64,000 bases of DNA from a virus (taxonomy: Duplodnaviria > Caudoviricetes), in IMG/VR virus record IMGVR_UViG_3300030376_006484, positions 1 through 64,000 of that record; one strand, 5' to 3'. The notes beneath the pieces were generated by a model that saw only the letters and a program-made list of their open reading frames with translations, was not told the origin of the DNA and did not search any database. The position numbers and the translations under genes were made by a program. Each line of letters begins with the position of its first letter. Position 1 is the stretch's first letter. Below, piece by piece: positions 27,317 through 35,593 of this stretch.

Positions 27317-27540
27317 TTGACACAAACAACAATAGACACAATTTAAAGATTAGAATAGAGACAGAGGAATGTGTCTTTGAAGAGTATTGGGAGGCTTAAT
27401 CTTGGCTGAAATACAGACTCCACAGGGAACTGCGACCCTGTTATATATCGCAGAAAGTGACGGAAATATTGAGATAGTCTTCTTAATAGACTAATTAATA
27501 TCCCCTTTAGTCGGCTTTTTAGCCGATTATCGGGGTATCC

Positions 27541-27575
27541 CAAAGTAATACCATATGGTTGTACTGATACTTTGA
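27541..27575. repeat. Palindromic element, copy 2
   Basis: CAAAGTAATACCATATGGTTGTACTGATACTTTG. Confidence 0.75.
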
Positions 27576-27973
27576 CAGAAGTAAAAAACCCTAAGAGGGG
27601 CCATAAGACCCCCCTTAAGATAATTATTAATCCTCTTTAGGATTACAAACCTTACAAGATTTTAAACCTACATGACCTGCTAGGTCACACACTTTTGTAA
27701 CTGATTCTACTCGCATTTTAATTTCTCCTTATGATATGTTGAATGGGATACCCTCACTGACCGCCTTCTTTCTTTAATTGACCATTTGGTGCGCCTGTAT
27801 TTACTAAGTGTTCTTGGGCTAACATTGTCTAGAATATTGCTTTCTCTCTTTTGTTCGTACTTCGGTTCTTTAGGTGCTTTCTTCGTCGCTATTGGGTTCT
27901 TTTCGGAAGGTGATTAACTAGTACTCGCCTTCTTACACCCAACTAAACTCTATTCGTTTAGATAAGGTAGCCA

Positions 27974-28003
27974 CAAAGTTACTACCATATGGTTTGGCTT
28001 TGA
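27974..28003. repeat. Palindromic element, copy 3
   Basis: CAAAGTTACTACCATATGGTTTGGCTTTG. Confidence 0.75.
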
Positions 28004-28039
28004 TGAACCCCGAAGGGGGCTTTCGCCTAATATTTTCTC

Positions 28040-28363
28040 TTATTCAACCTTGATAAGTGAACCGTTCCACAATTCACCATTTAAGAACCATTCAAAATTT
28101 TTCTGCACGATATGAACATTAGGAAGGCCGTTCAAGCGTTCCTTTGTGGTTGTGGTTGCATGTCCTGCCGAAGTAATCAATAAGCCCTCACCTTCAGCAT
28201 AAAGAGCAATTGTATTTTCAAAAAGCGTAAGGTAGGTTATACCCGACCGTGTATATACTTCGGTATTCCCTCGCTTGAATTTTTCTCTATTCCTAAAAGC
28301 CCGTATTGCGTCCCTTGTTATTTTTCGCATCTTATTCACCTCTATTACTTTTGCAAATAGCAC
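28040..28363 (-). CDS. Hypothetical phage protein (probable start MRKIT)
   Basis: GAGGTGA SD before MRKIT; TTTTKERLNGL...VQKNFEWF pattern. Confidence 0.65.
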   Translation of the reverse strand: MLFAKVIEVNKMRKITRDAIRAFRNREKFKRGNTEVYTRSGITYLTLFENTIALYAEGEGLLITSAGHATTTTKERLNGLPNVHIVQKNFEWFLNGELWNGSLIKVE

Positions 28364-28513
28364 AATTCTTTAAATTAAACACATGGTTGAATTGGGTGCA
28401 GTTAGTCGTAACTATACCATAATATTTAGCCATTATTTTTATTTCTTCAATATTTTTCATTTTTATCTCTCCGATTACCTAAATGAATTAGTATTCCTTA
28501 GATAGGGTATGAA

Positions 28514-28543
28514 CAAAGTACCTACCATATGGTTGCACTTTGA
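28514..28543. repeat. Palindromic element, copy 4
   Basis: CAAAGTACCTACCATATGGTTGCACTTTG. Confidence 0.75.
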
Positions 28544-28578
28544 TGCACACCTTATGACTCCCATAAAGGGAGCCATAA

Positions 28579-29189
28579 TGGAGCCTAGCGGGGAAGTTAG
28601 ACTGACTAATAATTTCTAAGGAGCCTTAGCCCCTCAGTTGTCCTCCTGTACGGTTTCGTTTGATTCGTTAATGTGTGACTCGTAGTTGGTCGTTAGACTT
28701 TCCAACTGTCCGTCCCAAACCTTGTTCTTGAAGTCATCTTCAAGTCGGCGTGTGGTAGAGTTGTAAAGGAAATCAACAAGGGTTTCCTCTGTGTAGTAAA
28801 TGATGTTCTCTTTGTTCTTCTTTCGGAAAAGATACACTAGAGCGTCGGGGTTGTGGGTTAGACCTGCGACAACAAAGGAAGTAATGCTGTCCTTAATTGC
28901 AGTAAAGGCAGGACTTAGTGCGTTGTTTGCATCTCGCTGTCCCGACTTAGGCAAGTAATCTGCGTACCCATGAAGGGTTGCAGTAGTACGACAAGCCGCA
29001 TACAATGATGCTCGTAGTTTGTCGTCAATTGTGGTTAAAAGACAGTCCTCAACGGCCATTACGACTCGTTGGTTTGCATCCTTACCTTCTTTCTTCAATT
29101 GAGCCGATAGTGGCTCTAGTCTGTTCGTTATTCGTTCTAAATTTGACATGATATTTCACCTTCCGTCTGTGCTAACTTCCCCGTTAGAC
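28579..29189 (-). ncRNA. Panhandle element B: 18-bp 5'/3' stem plus 3' UCCA enclosing an ORF
   Basis: GTCTAACGGGGAAGTTAG (29189-29172) pairs with CTAACTTCCCCGCTAGGC (28600-28583; one A-C mismatch), followed by TCCA and a hairpin (28578-28552). Confidence 0.7.
28634..29149 (-). CDS. Helical hypothetical protein, paralog of 25248-25772
   Basis: AGGTGA SD; shared motifs with the paralog. Confidence 0.75.
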   Translation of the reverse strand: MSNLERITNRLEPLSAQLKKEGKDANQRVVMAVEDCLLTTIDDKLRASLYAACRTTATLHGYADYLPKSGQRDANNALSPAFTAIKDSITSFVVAGLTHNPDALVYLFRKKNKENIIYYTEETLVDFLYNSTTRRLEDDFKNKVWDGQLESLTTNYESHINESNETVQEDN

Positions 29190-29226
29190 ACCCAAGTAAT
29201 CGTATACTATTCATAGGGTTGTAGCC

Positions 29227-29251
29227 CAAAGTACTACAACCATATGCTTTG
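29227..29251. repeat. Palindromic element, copy 5
   Basis: CAAAGTACTACAACCATATGCTTTG. Confidence 0.65.
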
Positions 29252-29442
29252 CATCCAATTTTTATTTTTATTTATTACTGTTTTACGGTATTAAAAGTAC
29301 TATTTCCGGTAATAAACGGCCTATTTGCATACTATTAATACTATTTTAGTAATACTATTACCACTATTCGGGGTAGTTTCGCCCCCGTACAATTTGGGTT
29401 AAGGTTATATCTTGATGGCCTCTGCGTCTATTTAGTGACGGC

Positions 29443-29649
29443 ATGACTAACACGGCAGAAATGTTACAGTTATTCTTAGAGATTAAAACAGAGTTACAAG
29501 AAGTTATTAGTAGACTTAACAATAAGAAAGATACAATAGATAGTGAAATACTAGTTAGAATAGTTAAAGATATTAATAAGTTAAAGACAATGATAACACA
29601 AATACAAGAAGAACGCAGTCCAAAACAAAAACAATTAGGAGATTATTAG
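29443..29649 (+). CDS. Small coiled-coil protein with PIP-box-like C-terminus
   Basis: Ends PKQKQLGDY; TATA-like GGTTATAT at about 29403-29410. Confidence 0.55.
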   Translation: MTNTAEMLQLFLEIKTELQEVISRLNNKKDTIDSEILVRIVKDINKLKTMITQIQEERSPKQKQLGDY

Positions 29650-29757
29650 AATAAATAGTATTAATTTTATCCTGTAAATACATTAAATAGTAATAAAAAA
29701 GGCGGTATAGTGATAAAAAAATTCGGCGTAATTTTTGAAATATTTTTAGGTGGTATT

Positions 29758-30012
29758 ATGTGGAAAGACGAGATTAAAAAACAGGACTATAATGAAGACG
29801 ACTTCTTTATGACGGAAGAAGCAGTTGAGGGGAAAGTTGGAGAAAAAATACAGGAAATGTATAGTATGGCGGAAGAACTATCTAAAATGCAGAACATTTT
29901 GAGTAGCCCTGACTTTCAACGAGGTTTTCCAAAGTATTCATTGAAAGAAATTGAGAAGGCTGTAAAGGGGTTAGGTATGGCCGTTAGTGTTATGGAGAGT
30001 TTTCCTTCGTGA
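29758..30012 (+). CDS. WxxIxK-leader protein (MWKDEIKK)
   Basis: AGGTGG SD, ATG 29758. Confidence 0.65.
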   Translation: MWKDEIKKQDYNEDDFFMTEEAVEGKVGEKIQEMYSMAEELSKMQNILSSPDFQRGFPKYSLKEIEKAVKGLGMAVSVMESFPS

Positions 30013-30042
30013 GCAAAATTATGAGAAATTTTAGGTGATATT

Positions 30043-30306
30043 ATGACATGGAAAAACAACATTAGAAAAGAAAGTCCTTTGGATGAAAGAGCAGGTTTAG
30101 CCGATAACGAAGGTAGAGAAGTTCCTCCAACAGAAGAAGACAAAGAGGTTCATTCCTACTTAAATGAGATATTAGGAGAATTATCAAGAGAAATGCGTGA
30201 CATTCCTGTAAGATTTTCAGGAGATAGTGACTTATTAGAAGAGGCTATTAAACATATTGAAAGGGCTATTTATGCTATTCAAAGAGCCAAAAGAAGGATG
30301 AGGTGA
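30043..30306 (+). CDS. WxxIxK-leader protein (MTWKNNIRK)
   Basis: AGGTGA SD. Confidence 0.65.
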   Translation: MTWKNNIRKESPLDERAGLADNEGREVPPTEEDKEVHSYLNEILGELSREMRDIPVRFSGDSDLLEEAIKHIERAIYAIQRAKRRMR

Positions 30307-30311
30307 TTATT

Positions 30312-30578
30312 ATGACTTGGAAAGATGAAATACAGAAAGAAATGCCTAAAGGAGAAGGCGGAAAACATAAGCGTATGGGAGAATTATTGGGCGGTATGGG
30401 TATGAGAATTACTTTTGATGCTATTACCCAAAAAGAACGACACTACAAAAGAATAAAAAGTGACGAGGCACAAACTTTGTCTAATTTTTTAAATGAGGCT
30501 AAAGATGCCGCATTAGAACTAATAATGAAAATTAATGATGCAAATAAATATTATGAAGTAAATAAAGATGCGCTTTGA
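30312..30578 (+). CDS. WxxIxK-leader protein (MTWKDEIQK)
   Basis: AGGTGA SD. Confidence 0.65.
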   Translation: MTWKDEIQKEMPKGEGGKHKRMGELLGGMGMRITFDAITQKERHYKRIKSDEAQTLSNFLNEAKDAALELIMKINDANKYYEVNKDAL

Positions 30579-30598
30579 TAGAAAAAAAGGTGATTATT

Positions 30599-30748
30599 AT
30601 GACATGGAAAGATAGGATTAAGAAGAAGGAAAGCGAATGTCCCGAATGCGGTAAGAAAAAAGATTTGGAATTTAGAATTCTTTCAAGAGACAATTACGGT
30701 GTAATGTGTAAAGACTGTTATCGTGACAAATCAGTAGCAGGTAAGTGA
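30599..30748 (+). CDS. 49-aa WxxIxK-leader zinc-finger protein
   Basis: Manual translation MTWKDRIKKKESECPECGKK...MCKDCYRDKSVAGK; AGGTGA SD. Confidence 0.65.
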   Translation: MTWKDRIKKKESECPECGKKKDLEFRILSRDNYGVMCKDCYRDKSVAGK

Positions 30749-30757
30749 GGTATTCTT

Positions 30758-31714
30758 ATGTTTAGGCTTTTCTTCTCAATAGATGGTGGTAATTTTGCCC
30801 CTATTGGAGAAAGTGAAAAGTCACGATTAAGGGCTAGAAATATGGTTGCTGATATTTCTAGAACGCTTGGTTATTCTTTTAAAGGCGATGAATTCAAAGG
30901 TAGTCTTGTTAATGATGAGTCTACAATTTTATATGAAATTAGAGAGAAGGAATCCGAAGATAAGTGGAAGGATATACTCAAGAGTCGTAAGATAACAGAC
31001 CCTAGAGCAAGGCGAAAGGATGATGGGAATACTACTAACTTTGGTTGGTCTACACCTGCTTTTGCAACTAAAGAAGAAATACAGAGGCGAAATGCTCCTT
31101 CTGTTTCTAAAGAAGAAATACTAGCCATTGTTGATAGTTACACTGAAGCCCTTATTTTTCCATTAGTCAAGGAAGCAACTTTGCCTATAATTGAAAAATA
31201 CAGTGATAGGGATAAGGGCTATGACGACGAGTACGGTGCAGATGGATTGGAATATTTTGCAATAGCATTAAAGAATTGGTCATACCATCCTGAGAGGGTT
31301 TCTAAAGATATTAAATCATTAAATGATAAAGACTATCGTTTATTTTTAAATGAGTTACAGAAAGAATTCAAAAATATTCGTAATTTGTCTGTTTATATGG
31401 GGCCGGAAGACGGTTATGACATGGAAACCGAAACTTATCTTGGTTCAAAGGGTAGACGCTCCGAAAGTGCTACTTGGTTTGAAAGGTTTAGAAGTGTATT
31501 GAAGGATGATGAGTATTTTATTAACGAATCGTCATACGAGACTGTTGATGAGTATTGGGAAGATAGAGGAATAACGGCTGATAGAGTTTTGGCTGAATTA
31601 AATTCTGCTTTGAATAAGGTTAAATCTTCTTTGCAAGGTAAAGGTTTATTCAATAATGCTAAGAAAATATTTGGAGATTACAGTAGAAAGATAGTTAGGG
31701 GTGAGAAAAAATGA
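30758..31714 (+). CDS. Hypothetical protein with internal WKDILK motif
   Basis: ORF track; KWKDILKSR near residue 70. Confidence 0.65.
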   Translation: MFRLFFSIDGGNFAPIGESEKSRLRARNMVADISRTLGYSFKGDEFKGSLVNDESTILYEIREKESEDKWKDILKSRKITDPRARRKDDGNTTNFGWSTPAFATKEEIQRRNAPSVSKEEILAIVDSYTEALIFPLVKEATLPIIEKYSDRDKGYDDEYGADGLEYFAIALKNWSYHPERVSKDIKSLNDKDYRLFLNELQKEFKNIRNLSVYMGPEDGYDMETETYLGSKGRRSESATWFERFRSVLKDDEYFINESSYETVDEYWEDRGITADRVLAELNSALNKVKSSLQGKGLFNNAKKIFGDYSRKIVRGEKK

Positions 31715-31947
31715 GTTGGAGAGATGACTTGGCCCGTGATGGTATAACTTTGGTAATTAAGAGGCAACTTTTTGAAATTTTAGGTAATCAGCCGGAAATT
31801 ACTGCTAGAGGCATTGAAGAAGCCTTGTATGGTCGTGGTCATAAGAGGGTAAATATGTCAAAAATTAAAAAATTTGTGGCTAAGACTCCCGAAATACGAC
31901 TTAACGAAAAATATAGTGAGACTAACACCTATTCATTGGAGAAGTGA
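31711..31947 (+). CDS. Winged-HTH-like small protein
   Basis: ITARGIEEAL...NMSKIKKFV...YSL. Confidence 0.5.
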   Translation: MSWRDDLARDGITLVIKRQLFEILGNQPEITARGIEEALYGRGHKRVNMSKIKKFVAKTPEIRLNEKYSETNTYSLEK

Positions 31948-31952
31948 ATAGA

Positions 31953-32417
31953 ATGTGGTTTGATATTATTAAATCGGTTGAAATTTTGACCGAAAATTCG
32001 GCTAGTAAGATGTTAGACGGGTTTAAGACTGCGGTTGAGAAGGGTTATCCTGCAATTATTACTCCTTTATCGCTTGTTGCTAAGATTCAAGATGGCGAAT
32101 TGGCCGCTTTTACCTCTTTTAACGATATGGGGAAGTTTTTCTTTGTTGGAAATAGTTTGACTAATCCAAAATACAAGGGTCGGGGTTATTTTACTCAAAT
32201 TTTGGCTTCTAGAGATGAATATACTAAGGGAAAACCTAGAATTACTTTGCTAAATCCTTTGGATGCTAAGTCTAGGGGCATTGTTAGGGCGGTTGTTACC
32301 AAAAAAGGTGGTAAGGAAGTGACTTCTTATGCTGATGTTCAAGATATTATGGATGAGCAGACCTACAAAGGGATGAAAAGCACTAATTTAGATATGTTTA
32401 GGTACAAGGTGATTTGA
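31953..32417 (+). CDS. GNAT-like acetyltransferase with WxxIxK leader
   Basis: MWFDIIKS; NPKYKGRGYF acetyl-CoA-binding motif A. Confidence 0.6.
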   Translation: MWFDIIKSVEILTENSASKMLDGFKTAVEKGYPAIITPLSLVAKIQDGELAAFTSFNDMGKFFFVGNSLTNPKYKGRGYFTQILASRDEYTKGKPRITLLNPLDAKSRGIVRAVVTKKGGKEVTSYADVQDIMDEQTYKGMKSTNLDMFRYKVI

Positions 32418-32608
32418 TGACATGGAAAAACATACTCAAAATTAGTACCGAAGAGGCAATTCAAGATGCTGAGAGGTATGCAGACCCCGAAGATACTGAA
32501 ATGGAAAAGGTAGCAGGTGCGGTAACTACATCAAGTGCGGCCCATTCCCTTCTATTTAGGCCGACCTTTGGCGGTAAGCGAAGGAAGCGCAAAAAGAAGG
32601 AGGATTGA
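32417..32608 (+). CDS. WxxIxK-leader small protein
   Basis: MTWKNILK; basic tail. Confidence 0.6.
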   Translation: MTWKNILKISTEEAIQDAERYADPEDTEMEKVAGAVTTSSAAHSLLFRPTFGGKRRKRKKKED

Positions 32609-33681
32609 TTATGCCTAAAGATGTAAAAAAGGTCACTGCTACGGTTGGTGATGCAATTCTTACTACTAAAGCAGGAATTATTACCTTTCCTAAAAAGTAC
32701 ACTGCTTGGAAGAGACAGTGTAGTAGTTTAGGGCCGGAGAAAGTTGGTGGTAAGACTTCTCTTTTGGTTGCTTTGAGGCGACATGGTGTTCCTACTAGAC
32801 CTACTTCTCCTAATGCAGGTGGAGTAAAAGGGATGAAATTCACTTTGATGGAGATTGAAAAGGTGATAAAGAGTAGACCTAATGGTATTTACTACGATAG
32901 TGATGTTGAGACTTTTCAAGAATTACTAGATGATTTAGATATTTACGGGGATGGAGGGGATTTAGACCCTGCTTCTATTCCTTTTACTACTTATCCTATG
33001 TCTAGAGGAAAGAGAATCCCCGATGCTAAATCTACGAAAATTCATGGTCACTATATTGATGAATATTTTGCTTCAAAATTCGCTACATCTGTTAAACTTG
33101 ACGATGCTAAAGGTTGGAGTAATAAGGAAAAAGGCTTGGCTAATCCTCCATTGAAACAGGCTATTTTTGGTGGGCTTCTATTTACTGAAAGTTTAAATGA
33201 TATTTTGCAGTTGGCTATCAAAGAGATAGAGAATATGGAATACAATATTGAGATTAAGACAGGGCGTTCTCCTGTTAGATTAGTAAACATTCCTTCTTTT
33301 AGGTCAAAGTTAGCAGGTGCGGTAAAATCTTCTTTAGTTGATGGTGCTATTAGTATCAAGGGTGTTAGAGGTAAAATGAATGGAATATTTTTCCCTATTA
33401 AGACTGAGAAGGAGGAATCATTCGTTGCTGATTATGCTAAGGCTAAAGGTATTGGTGGGTCTTTTACTTCTTTCAAGGTGAACATGACTCCTGCGGCAAC
33501 CAAGAAATTAATTGAAACTTACATGGCTACTTCTAGGGGAGTCAAAGAGCGAGACATTGTGAAGTCTTGGGTAGATGTAATCAAAAAGAAAACAAAAACT
33601 TGTCCTGTTTGTGGGCATGAAAACCATAAGGATGCTAACAAATGTACTAATTGTGGTGCTGATATTTCCGATGTAAAGTGA
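32605..33681 (+). CDS. Hypothetical protein with C-terminal WVDVIK plus zinc ribbon
   Basis: ...DIVKSWVDVIKKKTKTCPVCGHEN...CTNCG. Confidence 0.7.
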   Translation: MIMPKDVKKVTATVGDAILTTKAGIITFPKKYTAWKRQCSSLGPEKVGGKTSLLVALRRHGVPTRPTSPNAGGVKGMKFTLMEIEKVIKSRPNGIYYDSDVETFQELLDDLDIYGDGGDLDPASIPFTTYPMSRGKRIPDAKSTKIHGHYIDEYFASKFATSVKLDDAKGWSNKEKGLANPPLKQAIFGGLLFTESLNDILQLAIKEIENMEYNIEIKTGRSPVRLVNIPSFRSKLAGAVKSSLVDGAISIKGVRGKMNGIFFPIKTEKEESFVADYAKAKGIGGSFTSFKVNMTPAATKKLIETYMATSRGVKERDIVKSWVDVIKKKTKTCPVCGHENHKDANKCTNCGADISDVK

Positions 33682-34340
33682 TTATTATGCGAAGAAAGAG
33701 TTGTGCTTTTTGTCAGCATGAGAATGCTAAGGAGTTTGAACAACAGTTGGAAGACTGTGTTATTTCCTGTGATGATTTAGACCAACAGGAAAATTGGCGT
33801 AGTGGTACTGCGGCTCAACATCAAAGAAACCACATGGGGGATTATGTTACAAGTAGTAATCCTAAGTGTAATTTCTGTACTGACCCTCTAAGGAAACAAT
33901 ATGAGGTTGGATTAACTGAGGGCAAGTTAGAAGTTTCTATTGTTGCAGATATTTTAGAGACTACTAAGAGTCAAATCCACCGACACATGAAACATCATTT
34001 GGCTCCTATTGTTCAAGAGTCTGCGGCTACAATAATTGCTAAGAAGGAAGTTAATGAAGTTGATATGTTAGCCAATAACTTAGAAGTGTTGGATGGTAAA
34101 CTTACTGAGATTGCTTCAAGGGATGATTTAGATTCTAAGGAGTTAGATGCTTTGGTTAAGTTGGCTAGAGAGATTCGTGAGTCATTGAAATACATGATGG
34201 AGTTTAAGGGTAAGTTAATACATAAGAGACAGGACACAATAATTATTGCACAGATGCAAATTGTCCAAGAAGTTTTGGCTCAAGGACACCCCGAAGTTTG
34301 GCTTGATGTAAAGAAGAAGATGCAGGAGAGATTACAATGA
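33678..34340 (+). CDS. Putative terminase small subunit (Zn/HTH plus coiled coil)
   Basis: Two CxxC-HTH-HxxxH repeats (CAFCQH...HQRNH; CNFC...HRHMKHH) then an oligomerisation-like helix; upstream of TerL. Confidence 0.45.
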   Translation: MIIMRRKSCAFCQHENAKEFEQQLEDCVISCDDLDQQENWRSGTAAQHQRNHMGDYVTSSNPKCNFCTDPLRKQYEVGLTEGKLEVSIVADILETTKSQIHRHMKHHLAPIVQESAATIIAKKEVNEVDMLANNLEVLDGKLTEIASRDDLDSKELDALVKLAREIRESLKYMMEFKGKLIHKRQDTIIIAQMQIVQEVLAQGHPEVWLDVKKKMQERLQ

Positions 34341-34597
34341 ACTGGAAAGAAATACTAAAGCAGAATATGAAGAGTTATCCTAAAAATATACTTTATGATG
34401 ACATAGAATACGAATTAATTCATGTTGATGATAAGGCTATTGAATATGATAAAAATGGTGACCCTATGGGAACTTATGTACCAAAGGAAGCCGATGAAAA
34501 TTTAGACGAACAAGTGGTATATTTGGATTTACCAGATGCAAAACGCCACATGATGCTTTTATTAAATAAAGAAGAAATGCAGGAGAGATTACAATGA
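34337..34597 (+). CDS. WxxIxK-leader cassette protein
   Basis: MNWKEILKQ; ends MQERLQ like the upstream gene. Confidence 0.7.
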   Translation: MNWKEILKQNMKSYPKNILYDDIEYELIHVDDKAIEYDKNGDPMGTYVPKEADENLDEQVVYLDLPDAKRHMMLLLNKEEMQERLQ

Positions 34598-34839
34598 GTT
34601 GGAAAAAAATATTGAAACAAGATGAAATATCCCGAATGAAAGATTCTCTAAACGCTAATATGGATTTACTTAATGATTATTTTAAAAAAATGGAAGAGTT
34701 AATGGGTTCCCTTGAGTCTCAACAAATAGAAAAAGCAGAAAAACTTTGGACGGATATGCAAGACATGGTAAAAGATGTTGAGGGCTTAGGCTTACACAAA
34801 AATATTCACGCTTACTTAAACAGGATTATTTTAGACTAG
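34594..34839 (+). CDS. WxxIxK-leader cassette protein
   Basis: MSWKKILKQ. Confidence 0.7.
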   Translation: MSWKKILKQDEISRMKDSLNANMDLLNDYFKKMEELMGSLESQQIEKAEKLWTDMQDMVKDVEGLGLHKNIHAYLNRIILD

Positions 34840-34850
34840 GAGAGATTACA

Positions 34851-35264
34851 ATGAGTTGGAAAGATATACTGAAATTAAGACCAATAGAGGATATACCCGA
34901 TGAAATGTATGATGATTCATATTCTTATCAAAATCCTAAAGAAGTTGAGAGTTTGATGAGAAGAAAACAAAAGAAGGGTGGGCTACTTTGGTATATTGAA
35001 AAGGATTTTGCACAAAACGCAAATGTGGCGGATTGGACTACTGATGAAGGAGTTAAATTTTGGGATATGGTAGTTTCGGATTTGAAAAATATTTACAATA
35101 CTAATAATTTAACACATAAGAACTATAAAAATGGAACTATTCTAGCGGGTAGAGAAGGCGTGGACAAATCTGTTTTTGCTATGATAATGAACCTAGACCC
35201 GAAGTTTGGTGCGCCTATAAGTGGTAGTCAATTTATGAGAGAAAATAAATTCCGAGGCTTTTGA
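34851..35264 (+). CDS. WxxIxK-leader cassette protein
   Basis: MSWKDILKL. Confidence 0.7.
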   Translation: MSWKDILKLRPIEDIPDEMYDDSYSYQNPKEVESLMRRKQKKGGLLWYIEKDFAQNANVADWTTDEGVKFWDMVVSDLKNIYNTNNLTHKNYKNGTILAGREGVDKSVFAMIMNLDPKFGAPISGSQFMRENKFRGF

Positions 35265-35280
35265 TACAGGAGAGATTACA

Positions 35281-35496
35281 ATGAAATGGGAAAAACTACT
35301 AAAAAATGATTTTGAAAAAATTGATTTATTTATACAAAAGATGAAAAGAATCAATATTTCAGCACAAGAAGCGTTTAAAGAATTTGAAACTGAAAAGTCT
35401 ATAGAGATGCAACAATTAGCGACTACTATTATTGATATGGGAACTGCTATAATGGACTTGGAAAAGATGAGAGATAGACAAGAGAAATTACAATGA
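35281..35496 (+). CDS. WxxIxK-leader cassette protein
   Basis: MKWEKLLKN. Confidence 0.7.
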   Translation: MKWEKLLKNDFEKIDLFIQKMKRINISAQEAFKEFETEKSIEMQQLATTIIDMGTAIMDLEKMRDRQEKLQ

Positions 35497-35518
35497 GAGT
35501 GAACAAGTAGAGATTAGC

Positions 35519-35593
35519 ATGAGTTGGAAAAATATACTAAAAGATGCAAAGAAAGTCACTATGAAGTTTCACCCAAAAGAGGAATTACAATGA
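35519..35593 (+). CDS. 24-aa mini-cassette MSWKNILKDAKKVTMKFHPKEELQ
   Basis: Manual translation; bounded by junction repeats. Confidence 0.5.
   Translation: MSWKNILKDAKKVTMKFHPKEELQ

Noticed and set aside
25884-29251. Palindromic repeats as a mini-CRISPR
   Set aside because: Copies are degenerate and 430-1650 bp apart
35524-35589. TTG-start N-terminal extension of ORF 35524-36045
   Set aside because: The junction repeat and SD point to ATG 35590; the upstream part belongs to a 24-aa cassette in another frame
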